Shown here: piece by piece, positions 10,470-20,530 of the stretch | Layout of the letters: each line of letters starts with the position of its first letter | Numbering within the stretch: position 1 is the first letter of the stretch | Origin: Promethearchaeota archaeon Loki_b32 | Lineage (GTDB): Archaea > Asgardarchaeota > Lokiarchaeia > Sigyniarchaeales > SOKP01 | Direction of reading: 5' to 3' | DNA length: 64,000 nucleotides | Assembly (NCBI GenBank): GCA_005223125.1 | Contig: NJBH01000005.1 | Location: 1-64,000, forward strand | Made by a program: the position numbers and the translations under genes | Notes under the pieces: generated by a model | Seen by the model: the letters and a program-made list of their open reading frames with translations, nothing else | What the model was told of the DNA's origin: nothing | The model's database searches: none

Positions 10470-10739
10470 GGTTATTTCTAAAAGCTATAGGGTTTTTTTA
10501 CTCCTAATAATTAATAGCAAATAAAGTTTTAAGTTTAAGTATTTCGAAAATAAGGTAATCTAATTAAAAGAATGTTAAGTTCCAGTTTTGTGAAGTATAA
10601 AAGAATGTATGTACTATAAACTAAAACAAAGAAAATTCATACTATATTTAAAAAGTTGAAATTCATTAAAATATTATTGTAAGGGTATAATAATATAAAT
10701 ACTAAAATTGATTTATTTACCTAATTACTTTAAGGTTTA

Positions 10740-11273
10740 ATGACAATGGCTAGCTACGATTTTACATTTAAAATTTTGCTTTTAGGAGACGCAAGTGTAG
10801 GTAAAACTTCTTTCACAAAACGATATTGTTATAATATTTTCAATCCTAGTGAAAGATTGACTATTGGTGTTGATTTTCATGTTAAAACGATCGAATTAAA
10901 CGACAGGCGAATTAAATTACAATTATGGGACGTTGGAGGTGAGGAAAGATTCAGATTCCTCTTACCAACATATTGTTTGGGGGCGAATGCCGCATTTTTA
11001 CTATATGATATTACGAGACCTTCTACATTGGATAATATTTCGGAATGGATTACTATTGTCAGGCAGAAAGGTGGCCCTATCCCAATTATGCTTGTTGGTT
11101 CTAAATTAGATCTTGAGAAAACTCAACGACAAGTTCAAAGAGATTATGGAATACAAATCGCTGAAAAAAACGACATGGCTAGTTTTGTCGAAATTTCAGC
11201 TAAAGAAAATGCTAATGTAGATGATGCCTTTAAAGTTCTTACAGAACTCACATTAGACCGAATGAGTAAATAG
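10740..11273 (+). CDS. Rab-like small GTPase
   Basis: G1 GDASVGKT, G2 TIGVDF, G3 WDVGGEERF, G4 SKLD, G5 SAK. No C-terminal prenylation Cys. Confidence 0.95.
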   Translation: MTMASYDFTFKILLLGDASVGKTSFTKRYCYNIFNPSERLTIGVDFHVKTIELNDRRIKLQLWDVGGEERFRFLLPTYCLGANAAFLLYDITRPSTLDNISEWITIVRQKGGPIPIMLVGSKLDLEKTQRQVQRDYGIQIAEKNDMASFVEISAKENANVDDAFKVLTELTLDRMSK

Positions 11274-11281
11274 GTGATATA

Positions 11282-12244
11282 ATGGAAGATACCGAATATT
11301 TGCCTCTTAACCAATTGTTCGATTCAATTGGCATCATAGAAAAAGGTATTGAAAGAATGTACCATTATCTCCTATTAAATAAGAGAATAGATAATTTAAA
11401 AGAAGTGTGTGATCAATTCAATCTCTCATTAAAAAGAGGGTATAAAATCTGCTCGGTATTAAGTGATCTAGAACTTGTACAAATTTATGATAGACCAATG
11501 AAAATTCACATTGCTAATCCAATAATGACTTTGTGGCAAAATTTAATCCAAAAACGAATTGAAGACCTTAGAAATCAGTTCAATGAAAAAAGAGATAAGT
11601 GTGAATCTGCAATTGAAGATTTTACTAGAAATTATAAATTAGATCAGCAAGTAGTTCAAGAACCAGTTGAATTTATCAACTATAGTGTTAGTAATTTTGA
11701 TGAATCGTATCATCAGTTCTTAGCCCAAAGTGAATGTAAAATTGCTATAGGTATCAGATATGATAACCCTTTAATTTCCATGATCCATGAGGATCGTTTC
11801 CAAAATATCCCTGATGATATGAGAACTTCTATGCGAGCCGGTATGAGTAGGATTAAAGAAAATCTAAGAAGTATAAGTGTGCAAGTTATCTTCAATTCTG
11901 AGGTTGCTAAAGATCTTTTAAGCAGTAATGAATTTAAACTTCTCACTAATCATGTTGAACCATACAATTTGGAGTTTAAAAAATTAGAGATTCATGTTAC
12001 AGATGAAGCATTTAGTAATTTCAGTTTAACCGATAATGAACTTATTCAACCTAGTTTTGATCCTACAAACATTCTAATCGGTGCTTACATCTCCCGGAAT
12101 AAAAACATTTACCAAATATTCTACGATAAATTTAATGAGATTTTTGAAAAGGGCATACCAATGAATCGATTTATCACTGAACAAAAAGATATTGGTATTG
12201 ATTCACTCTCAGAAACACAATTATTTGTTCTATGTGTAATGTGA
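11282..12244 (+). CDS. TrmB-like transcription regulator (N-terminal wHTH, coiled coil, effector-like domain)
   Basis: N-terminal ...MYHYLL...LKEVCDQFNLSLKRGYKICSVLSDLELVQ...RP pattern. AGGTGA SD overlaps the Rab stop codon. Confidence 0.55.
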   Translation: MEDTEYLPLNQLFDSIGIIEKGIERMYHYLLLNKRIDNLKEVCDQFNLSLKRGYKICSVLSDLELVQIYDRPMKIHIANPIMTLWQNLIQKRIEDLRNQFNEKRDKCESAIEDFTRNYKLDQQVVQEPVEFINYSVSNFDESYHQFLAQSECKIAIGIRYDNPLISMIHEDRFQNIPDDMRTSMRAGMSRIKENLRSISVQVIFNSEVAKDLLSSNEFKLLTNHVEPYNLEFKKLEIHVTDEAFSNFSLTDNELIQPSFDPTNILIGAYISRNKNIYQIFYDKFNEIFEKGIPMNRFITEQKDIGIDSLSETQLFVLCVM

Positions 12245-12286
12245 GCAAGATTTTTATTTTTCAAAATAAAAAATTAAAAAATAAAA

Positions 12287-13822
12287 TTATTCTTTTTTCT
12301 TTTTTTGCATTGCCTTTCTGAATTTTTCAAGCATTTTTCGAGGAGTTACCGTTGGTCTTTCGTATTTTCGTAATTTAGATTTGATTCCAAAAAGATATTT
12401 AGCAATATCCTTAAGCCTTTCAGTATCGTAGCGCATCATCATTGTGATTGTTTCCATAGCGGGACTCCCACCTCCGTGTAACCCAGCTACTTGCATTAAA
12501 CCCCCCAAATCAGAAACTACCATAGCTTCTATCCCCCGAAAACAACGATAAATGTATTCTGGTTTGACTCTAGGGTTTCTTTTCAAATATTTCATTGCAA
12601 GATCTCCCACTTCCTCAGAAAAGAAAGAACCTTCAAATGGTAAAGTAGCAATTAATCCTCCAGACAAATCTGCTAAAATTTTATATTCTTCATAGATATT
12701 TTCTCCAGCTAATCTTCTCCCCGCATTTGTAAGAATTTCATCGGGAATCTGAGTACCAGATGGAGATTTCTCTGAATGCCTTGCACTTGATTCTCCTGCC
12801 GCAAAAACAAGCTCAGCAATTCCTATAATATGGGACAATTTATCTTGAACATGAGAAGCTTTCTCTATTCCATTGTATTCAGCAACTAAGGCAGCAGCAG
12901 AAGCTAAAATTTCTGATACTGCTGGTTTACATCCAGTATATGTATGACGATGATAGTGAGCAAACATTAGAGCTAAGAATCCAGCGTAAGGAGTTTGTCT
13001 AGGGTCTCCATGACCATTTAGAAATATTCGTTCATTTGGTACAAAAACGTCATCAAAAATAATATATGTTTCAGCATCCCCCATTTGTAATCCTGGAGCA
13101 TCCATGTGTTCACTTTTTCTATAATATGCGGGTCTTGTGAGCAATTTGACACCATCCCAATCTCCCGGTAATGCAAATGCTACAGCATAATCTTTATCTT
13201 CTGGACCCATATACCTGCAAGGAACGACAATAAATTCATCAGCATATGGAGTATTGGTAATATTAATTTTACATCCTCTTACAACGATACCATCATCTCT
13301 GGTTTCTATAACTCTCAGATATTGGTCTGGATCTTCTTGTTGGTGTGGTCGTTTTAAACGATCTCCTTTAGCATCAGTTTGAGCACAACTAGCTACTATG
13401 TCTCGATCTTGAAAATATTCTAAATATTTTATAAATCTTTTATAGTGGTCCGTTCCGAGAGCTTGGTCCATCTCATAGGTAATAACAGAAAGAGCATTTA
13501 ATGAATCGATACCCATACATCGCTGAATACAACCTCCAACACGATGACATAATAATCGAGTCATTTTTTGTCTTTTTAATAGATCTTCTTTACTTTGATG
13601 TATATGACAAAAACGATTTATCTTTTTTCCCGTTATATGAGAAGTTACTGTGCATAGATCCTCATATTCTGGGTCGTAAGCACGATCGAACGTCTCTCTA
13701 ATAATATTCATCCCTCCCCGAAGACGAGGGTCATCTCTACCAACTTTTTCTTCGCCAATATATACATTTGGCTTCATCTTCTTTAAATCTTCAACATACT
13801 GTTCAAAAGTACGAATTTTAAT
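12287..13822 (-). CDS. 4-hydroxybutyryl-CoA dehydratase (AbfD/HpaB family) homolog
   Basis: CIQRC and HRHTYTGCK Fe-S ligand motifs, AQTDAKGDR, HGGGS. The family-like N-terminus IRTFEQYVEDLKKM lies in frame upstream of ATG 13777. Confidence 0.9.
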   Translation of the reverse strand: MKIRTFEQYVEDLKKMKPNVYIGEEKVGRDDPRLRGGMNIIRETFDRAYDPEYEDLCTVTSHITGKKINRFCHIHQSKEDLLKRQKMTRLLCHRVGGCIQRCMGIDSLNALSVITYEMDQALGTDHYKRFIKYLEYFQDRDIVASCAQTDAKGDRLKRPHQQEDPDQYLRVIETRDDGIVVRGCKINITNTPYADEFIVVPCRYMGPEDKDYAVAFALPGDWDGVKLLTRPAYYRKSEHMDAPGLQMGDAETYIIFDDVFVPNERIFLNGHGDPRQTPYAGFLALMFAHYHRHTYTGCKPAVSEILASAAALVAEYNGIEKASHVQDKLSHIIGIAELVFAAGESSARHSEKSPSGTQIPDEILTNAGRRLAGENIYEEYKILADLSGGLIATLPFEGSFFSEEVGDLAMKYLKRNPRVKPEYIYRCFRGIEAMVVSDLGGLMQVAGLHGGGSPAMETITMMMRYDTERLKDIAKYLFGIKSKLRKYERPTVTPRKMLEKFRKAMQKKKKE

Positions 13823-13937
13823 CCACTCTTAATTAAAATGTTAAAATTAGAATTAATATATTATAATAAGTAATTGAAAGTCAATTATAAATTAAATGCC
13901 TAAAAAATTAAACTCTTGGTATTATAGTTTCACTTCA

Positions 13938-16001
13938 TTATGCATTTATTTCAGGAGCTTTCTTAATAAAAATCTCATTTATTAATGATTCAAATATAGG
14001 ATGATCTTTTATTTCAATTACTCGATTAGCCTTTAAATATTTGTTCATTGTATCCCGTATAATATCAGAATTTTGTATGCTTTCTACAAATTGTGTTAAT
14101 TTTTGGTTAGCTAGATATGTTTGCCCTTTGAATATATAGCAAATTGAGAAAGAACTAACTGATTGCATTAGTATCGTAAATTCACCAAATTTAGCACGAT
14201 CAAGCCTTTTGGCAAAAATCTCTCCGCTAAAAGAATCAAATGCTGTTAAAAATCCACTTATAAGATCATTTTTGAAAGACCATTCTTTTGTAAAGGGATT
14301 AGAGAATAACGGGAATCCACCTCCTCCAATAATTAAAAGCAATATTGGTGTTTCATGAGTTAATTCAGGTGGTTCTATAGCGCGTTTTCCTTGCATTCTA
14401 TCTATAACTCCTTTAAAAGATGCTAATTTTATGCGTTCTGACATGGGTGCATTTTCTTTTTCTAGATTTTTCCATGTACTTAACTGCTGCAATAATGTAT
14501 CATGTTCGACTGAGATTCTAATAGCTAACAAGTTAAGACCATGGAGTTCAGCTATTTGTTGAGATTGTGTTATTAGTTGTTCTGCTTCCTTGATCTGCAT
14601 TTGAATTAGAGCCAGTTTTGCTTGTAATAATTTAATTTCTGCTAACCATAAATAAGCATTTTGTTTTTCTGCTATCTTGGAAATTTGAGCGATTAATGGA
14701 TTTAATTCATCCAAAACTTCTATGTTATTAGTAAAAGATAATTCTTCCAAAAAAATTTCACATAAGTTCACAAGCGCTAAGAGATTTAATTGAGGAGTGC
14801 TAATTCCTTCCCCAATTATTTGCTTTAGTAATAATTCTGCTTCTGTTCGATTCCGAATCCGATTACTCTGTTTCAAGACAAGTGCTTTTGTTATTGAATG
14901 CACTTGGCTGAATACTTTACTCTCATACTGATTGGTGAATTGCTCTAACCGCGTCAAATATAATTGTGCTTGTTCAAGAGAATTATTATCTAAACTAGTT
15001 AAAATTAAATAAAAAAGTGAAGATGACATTCCGTAAACTGAATTAAATTTTTCTGAAAGTGCCATGCTATGTTGAAGATATTCTATAGCTTTATCAAAAT
15101 CTCCTTTCATCCTATAAGTAGCACCGATTCCCATTAAATTTTCTAGGAACTCATTATTATAACCTTCCTTTTCAGCAAGTTTAACTGCTCGGTTATAATA
15201 ACTTAAAGTTCTGTCTAATTCACCCATTTCTTTATAGATGGCACCTAGAAGATGCAATATGCTGAATTTTGTAACAATACCAATTTCGTCAATATTTAAT
15301 CCTTGTCTACCAGTTTTTAACGCTCTATCAAAATCCCCTTTCATATAGTGACAAAGTCCAATTAAATTAAGACTTGCTCCAATACCTATTTGATTGTTTA
15401 ATTCTTTTTGTATTACCAAACTTTTCATAGCATAACCTAAAGCTTTATCAGGTTCACTCTTAAAAATGTAAATATCCCCCATTTGACAATACATAAGTGC
15501 TATTTCGAGTTTTTCTTTTAAATCTTCTTCTAATGTTAACCATTCTTGAGATAGCTCAATCGCCTTACTGTGTTCAGTTGCATAATGACAAACAATGGAT
15601 TTTATAAATAAAATATCAGCTTTTTGTTTTGAAAATTCTGAGGATGAATCTTTTAAAATAGAATTAATCAATCTTTCAGCTTCTGAAATATATTCTAATG
15701 CTTGGTCTAGTTTTCCGTAAAATATAATATACGCTTTTATAACTAGAGAATCAATTACTTTAGGAATAAGTCCTATTTTTTGACTTAATTGGTAAGCCTT
15801 TTCTCCGACTTCTACAGCCTTTTTATATTGTTCTTTATAGCAATATATTTTACTTTTTAAAATCAATATTGATAACTGTTCTTTAGTCTCGTTTATTTTC
15901 TTCTTCTCGAGATTTGTAACTATCTTAAGCGCGTCCTCAAATTTAGCTTGATACATTATTTGTTCCGCGTAGGTTAACTCTTTAAGTATTGAATCGGACA
16001 A
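13938..16001 (-). CDS. TPR-repeat protein with C-terminal longin-like domain
   Basis: Multiple TPR motifs. The C-terminus LLIIGGGGFPLFS...LISGFLTAFDSFSGEIF...FGEFTILM...CYIFKG has a longin-like pattern. Confidence 0.85.
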   Translation of the reverse strand: MSDSILKELTYAEQIMYQAKFEDALKIVTNLEKKKINETKEQLSILILKSKIYCYKEQYKKAVEVGEKAYQLSQKIGLIPKVIDSLVIKAYIIFYGKLDQALEYISEAERLINSILKDSSSEFSKQKADILFIKSIVCHYATEHSKAIELSQEWLTLEEDLKEKLEIALMYCQMGDIYIFKSEPDKALGYAMKSLVIQKELNNQIGIGASLNLIGLCHYMKGDFDRALKTGRQGLNIDEIGIVTKFSILHLLGAIYKEMGELDRTLSYYNRAVKLAEKEGYNNEFLENLMGIGATYRMKGDFDKAIEYLQHSMALSEKFNSVYGMSSSLFYLILTSLDNNSLEQAQLYLTRLEQFTNQYESKVFSQVHSITKALVLKQSNRIRNRTEAELLLKQIIGEGISTPQLNLLALVNLCEIFLEELSFTNNIEVLDELNPLIAQISKIAEKQNAYLWLAEIKLLQAKLALIQMQIKEAEQLITQSQQIAELHGLNLLAIRISVEHDTLLQQLSTWKNLEKENAPMSERIKLASFKGVIDRMQGKRAIEPPELTHETPILLLIIGGGGFPLFSNPFTKEWSFKNDLISGFLTAFDSFSGEIFAKRLDRAKFGEFTILMQSVSSFSICYIFKGQTYLANQKLTQFVESIQNSDIIRDTMNKYLKANRVIEIKDHPIFESLINEIFIKKAPEINA

Positions 16002-16167
16002 GTGTATTGATCTCTTTTATGGATTTAAAAAACTCAGAATCTTAATATTTATGAAAAAAAAGAAGGATATTAAGCTTAAAAGATTTTGTAATAACCTTGT
16101 TTTAATTTACTTATTTTGATACTCTTATTGAAGGATAGCAATTAACTAGATTATCTATTTAATCTAT

Positions 16168-18417
16168 TCAAAACTCCAGAGGATTAATAGGTCTAAAAAT
16201 AAAATCTTTAACTACACTAAAAGCATAAATTAAATCAGCTGATTTATTTGTAAAAGAATTTCTTTTATACTCACAATATTTTTCAGATGTGAGGGGATAA
16301 GGAAAAAAACATTTTACACAACTTTCTTTTTCTTGACACAGATTACAAATTCTTTTTCCTTCTCTTTCTTTATTCAAGTTTTCGAGTTTTTGTATAATAT
16401 CTGAGATTGAAATTCCAACTTTTCCTATGGAATCTGAAAACCAGCATATTCGAATCGAATCATCATTTTCTATAATAGCTGTTTCTAAAGTTTGACAATT
16501 AGCTTGATTCTTCGTCCATCTACACAATTGTTGAAATTGTGGCAATGGATTGCTATCTAAAAGGTGATTATACATATTCTCTTTTTTAGAAATCTTAATT
16601 AGGATATTGTAAAGTGCTGTTGTGTCAATTGGGGTACGATCTATACTTATTAAATATTGCATATTATTAGCTCCTTTTTCATAATCCTCAAAAACTAAAT
16701 GAGTGTCTTTTGATTTTATTGGTAATCCAAATTCTTCATTATATAATGCCATTCTTCCTGCTTTTAAAATTAATGTATCAGTTGAATTATCCCAAAAATA
16801 GGATTCATAAAATGAAGTTGGTGAAAATTCATTATAAAGAGTTATTTCATTCTTTTCATGGAATTTAAGATATTTGAATTTATCAGAATATATATGAATA
16901 ATAGCACCATTTATCGCTTGATTTTTTTGTATCCATTTTACTATTGAAGGTTTTAAAGTATTAGAATTAATTATTATATTTTCAAAAAATGGTTTCCGTT
17001 CTGAACGTTTCGGAGTTAATGATAAAATTTTAAGAACATCATAGTCAATTACCTCATCATTTTGTATACCCGCACATTTTGGTGCTAATTTAATTTTGTA
17101 TACATCAAAGGGAAAGTCATTCTTGAGAAGAATTTTATTTTTATCTCCCATAGTTTTAATATTGTAGCCAAATCTTTTATAATTTTGATAAATTGGTGTA
17201 CCTCTAAAAATATGGAAAATATTATGAGTATAGAAGTCAATTTCCAATTGATTTATAAAATCAATAGTTTTTTGAGCATCTTGAATTGATTCACCTGGTA
17301 ACCCAATCATTATACTTACAAAGACCTTATTAAATCCAATTTTTTTAGCATATGATGTCATATGTTTTAGTTTTTCGATAAATTCAATTTCCTTTTCAAG
17401 TTGTTCCGAATCCATATTTTCTGGAGGGTTAACTTTTCCAATGGCTCTTAAAATTCTCGGGACAGCGCTTTCTAAAGAAAATCCAATTGAAACAAAACCA
17501 GCTTCTTTCATAAGATACAATAAGTCTTCAGTAATCTTGTCACAACGAGTTGTACATGTTAGTGGAATTTTTATATCATTCTCAATGATAGATTCACATA
17601 TTTTAAATGCCCTGGTTGGTACGATAGTAAAACTATCATCATTAATAGGAACAGGTCCCGAAAACTTTTTATTTTCATTAATATAAACTAATTCTTCTAT
17701 TACTCTTTCTATTGAGTGAAAAAAAATATTTTTTTTACTTAATACAGCACAATTACAGTAAGTACAGTTTTGATTACAACCTCTAGCCGTGATTATTCCT
17801 GTAGGAAAAGCTCTTGATATAGGTATAATTTTTGAAAGGTAGGGAGATGGAAACTTATCTATATAATTTTTAATTGATTTATTTGAAAGAAGGTCATTCC
17901 TTTCTGGATTTATGATTATTTTATTTTCTTTCCGAAAAGTAATACCTTTAATACTAAATAAATCTACCTTTTTTAACTTAAAATTTGTTTTAGATAAATT
18001 CGAGATCAATTCAAGGAGTGTTTCTTCTCCTTCCCTTCTAACACAGATATCAACACTGCTAACACCCTCCAAGACTTCTTTTGATTGTACACTAGGAGTA
18101 GGACCCCCAAAAATTATTATGATGTCGGAATTATAAGCTTTTAATCCATTACTTATTAAAGCACATTGCATAAAATTAGTTTCATAAACAGTAAATCCAA
18201 CAATATGAGGATGGAAATTTGCAATTTCCTTGACACACTCTTTCACATTACAAGATTCATCTGAAATAAATTGTTCAGCATTAAAACCTTGGCCTCTTAA
18301 ATAAGTAATAACATACGCAGAGCCTAAGTGATGTTTAAAATTAGTGAAATATAAATCACCTCCAGAAGGAAAAACCATCAAAACATCTAAGAAAATATTT
18401 TTCATACGTTTAATCAC
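16168..18417 (-). CDS. Cobalamin-binding radical SAM protein with C-terminal SPASM-like Cys cluster
   Basis: B12 domain (HLGSAYV, IVGFT, IFGGPTPS, REGEET), rSAM motif RGCNQNCTYC, C-terminal DSIRICW..IGKV and CNLCx5CVKC...YC. Confidence 0.9.
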   Translation of the reverse strand: MIKRMKNIFLDVLMVFPSGGDLYFTNFKHHLGSAYVITYLRGQGFNAEQFISDESCNVKECVKEIANFHPHIVGFTVYETNFMQCALISNGLKAYNSDIIIIFGGPTPSVQSKEVLEGVSSVDICVRREGEETLLELISNLSKTNFKLKKVDLFSIKGITFRKENKIIINPERNDLLSNKSIKNYIDKFPSPYLSKIIPISRAFPTGIITARGCNQNCTYCNCAVLSKKNIFFHSIERVIEELVYINENKKFSGPVPINDDSFTIVPTRAFKICESIIENDIKIPLTCTTRCDKITEDLLYLMKEAGFVSIGFSLESAVPRILRAIGKVNPPENMDSEQLEKEIEFIEKLKHMTSYAKKIGFNKVFVSIMIGLPGESIQDAQKTIDFINQLEIDFYTHNIFHIFRGTPIYQNYKRFGYNIKTMGDKNKILLKNDFPFDVYKIKLAPKCAGIQNDEVIDYDVLKILSLTPKRSERKPFFENIIINSNTLKPSIVKWIQKNQAINGAIIHIYSDKFKYLKFHEKNEITLYNEFSPTSFYESYFWDNSTDTLILKAGRMALYNEEFGLPIKSKDTHLVFEDYEKGANNMQYLISIDRTPIDTTALYNILIKISKKENMYNHLLDSNPLPQFQQLCRWTKNQANCQTLETAIIENDDSIRICWFSDSIGKVGISISDIIQKLENLNKEREGKRICNLCQEKESCVKCFFPYPLTSEKYCEYKRNSFTNKSADLIYAFSVVKDFIFRPINPLEF

Positions 18418-18559
18418 TATTATAATACTACTTCTCAGACATACTTAACCTTATCATCAAATTTACACTTAAACTATCTTTTTAAATCTCCTATTTTAAA
18501 CAATGTTCTATAAAAGTAAAATTGAAAAAAAAGAAAAATTATTAAATTTAATTGACGTT

Positions 18560-18808
18560 TTAGCCAACGGTTTCCCAAACACACATCAAACTAAATATCT
18601 TATCAATATTTTCATTATTTATTTCATTTGCATCAACTAGATCCTGGAGTCGTCCTTGTATACAATCCCGTAAAGCTGTTCCAGTGTTACCTTCCCTTAT
18701 ACATTCTTGAATTCCTTCAGCAATCCTTCGTCCAATACCTGGACCATATCTTTCAATAAGACGATGTCTTAAGGTTTGATTTAAATCAATTCTCACATTA
18801 TCTGGCAT
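18560..18808 (-). CDS. 82-aa Arg-rich protein; candidate substrate/precursor of the adjacent radical SAM enzyme
   Basis: GAGGTG SD 6 nt before ATG 18808. Sequence MPDNVRIDL...FSLMCVWETVG, co-oriented and directly upstream of the rSAM gene. Confidence 0.75.
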   Translation of the reverse strand: MPDNVRIDLNQTLRHRLIERYGPGIGRRIAEGIQECIREGNTGTALRDCIQGRLQDLVDANEINNENIDKIFSLMCVWETVG

Positions 18809-18855
18809 TCTATACACCTCAAAATTTTTGAATTTCACAATATAATTATTTTTTT

Positions 18856-18889
18856 ATGTAACATATCGGATTTTGTTGTTTTGTTACAT
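18856..18889. promoter_or_regulatory. Inverted repeat upstream of the small protein/rSAM unit
   Basis: ATGTAACA-N18-TGTTACAT. Confidence 0.3.
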
Positions 18890-18982
18890 TATAGTAAAAT
18901 ATTTTTATATGCTTAAAAATATTGTATTTTTGTTTGTCAGATTTCAGTAAAACTACAAAAAAAAAATAATTTCTTTAAAATT

Positions 18983-19237
18983 TTAGTAAACTGCATGGTT
19001 CCTAAAGTGAATCTTATTCTTCACTTTTTCTACAGGAACAGTTTCTTCTAGAAATTTAGCGTTATATTTAGCCTTCTTAATTAATTTTCATAAAACTTTT
19101 TTTTCTGGTTTCTCCTGTTGTGCTATCTCTAGTTCCTCAACTTGCTCCTCTTCCATGGGGAGTTCTTCTAAAATTATAAATTCTTCCAATTCAATGCCTT
19201 GTTCATGTTCTTTTTCCCTTTCTAAAAATTGTACCAT
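18983..19237 (-). pseudogene. Small acidic/basic bipartite ORF interrupted by an in-frame TGA
   Basis: MVQFLEREKEHEQGIELEEFIILEELPMEEEQVEELEIAQQEKPEKKVL*KLIKKAKYNAKFLEETVPVEKVKNKIHFRNHAVY*. TGA at 19090-19088, GGGAGAG upstream of the ATG. Confidence 0.6.
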
Positions 19238-19269
19238 TTCTTATCGCTCTCCCTTTTTATTATTTTTTT

Positions 19270-19503
19270 TTATAAATCCTTTAAACCAAATCCTAAATTT
19301 AATGGATGCATTGAATAATAGCTAAATGTCTGCTTCCATCTTTTCAATTCTCTTTCCTTTTCTATTGAGTCATACTCATCTTTAACAAATGGAATTTGAC
19401 TGCATTCTTTTTTCGGTTGTTCTTGTTTTGAATCTTCTTCTTTATAAAATACATAAAAAAATTCTCTCAAACCAAGTGCTATATCATTCTTACTCTCTGT
19501 CAG
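19270..19503 (-). CDS. Small hypothetical protein
   Basis: The ORF extends in frame to CTG at 19503, which has GAGGTGA (19516-19510) 6 nt upstream. Confidence 0.65.
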   Translation of the reverse strand: MTESKNDIALGLREFFYVFYKEEDSKQEQPKKECSQIPFVKDEYDSIEKERELKRWKQTFSYYSMHPLNLGFGLKDL

Positions 19504-19709
19504 ATTTAATCACCTCTTTTTTCTTTATTTAAACTCCAAATAATTATTAGAATAAGATTACATTTTTAGTTTATCCTATAAAATTGTAATTAGACTCTTA
19601 GATAAAATTTGGACTTGAAGGGAAAAAAAGACTAACCACTAAAAATATAAGATCTTGAAAATGATATTAGAAACTGGATTCTTTATTTAAAATTTTGCTT
19701 AATCAGTTC

Positions 19710-20267
19710 CTATAATTCTGCTGATAATTCTTTATATTTATGGTACAACTTATCTATTATTTCATTAAAAGCTTCAATAACTCCTTGTTCTGTTTTTGCT
19801 GAGGTTATATAATACCCAAGGAAATTTCGTTCATTAACTACTCCTGGAATAATTGAATTATCCAAGCTATTCTCGTCCACTAAATCCACTTTATTTGCAA
19901 ATAAAACTACAGGAATATTGCCACAAAATTGTATGATATTATCATGCCAATTTGCTATATGATTGAAACTCTCCTCACCAAGGTTATTTTCCTCCAAACT
20001 ATATACAATAATAGCACCTCTACTATTCCTAAAAAATGAGGGACGTGCAAAACTGAACTCATCCTGGCCAGCTATGTCCCAGAATAGTAGTCTAATATCA
20101 TTTCCATCAATTTCTTTATCATAAACCGAGAATTGGGCTCCTATTGTCTTAATATAATCCTTTTGAAATGATCCCTTTGTAAATTTTTGAATTAGGGACG
20201 TTTTTCCTACTCTTCCATCCCCTACAATCGTAATTTTAAAATTAAATTTTAACCTTGAGTTCTTCAT
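19710..20267 (-). CDS. Rab-like small GTPase
   Basis: GDGRVGKT, TIGAQF, WDIAGQ, NKVD, TSAK. Confidence 0.95.
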   Translation of the reverse strand: MKNSRLKFNFKITIVGDGRVGKTSLIQKFTKGSFQKDYIKTIGAQFSVYDKEIDGNDIRLLFWDIAGQDEFSFARPSFFRNSRGAIIVYSLEENNLGEESFNHIANWHDNIIQFCGNIPVVLFANKVDLVDENSLDNSIIPGVVNERNFLGYYITSAKTEQGVIEAFNEIIDKLYHKYKELSAEL

Positions 20268-20441
20268 TTTACTGTCCTATAGAAATAACACTGGCGAATT
20301 GTGTCTAAATTAAGATTAGTTTTATATAAATATAAAAGTATGTTTTATTGAAAAAAATAAGAAGAATTGTCAAGATCATTAAAAATATCCAGAGAAAAAG
20401 ATCGATTTCTAACAAACTCGAAAAAGATTTTATAATGAAAT

Positions 20442-20530
20442 AGAGAGCCCGTATTGTCATTTTTTCTTAACAACCGAGCTCTCCCTTAATATTTCGCCAT
20501 CTCTCCCGTTTTTACCTACGCCCTCTACAC
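20442..20530 (-). ncRNA. Candidate structured RNA/5' leader upstream of the Rab gene
   Basis: GC-rich intergenic island. The minus strand folds GAGAGCUCGG-UUGUUA / UGACAA-UACGGGCUCUC with G-U pairs only on this strand. Confidence 0.4.
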
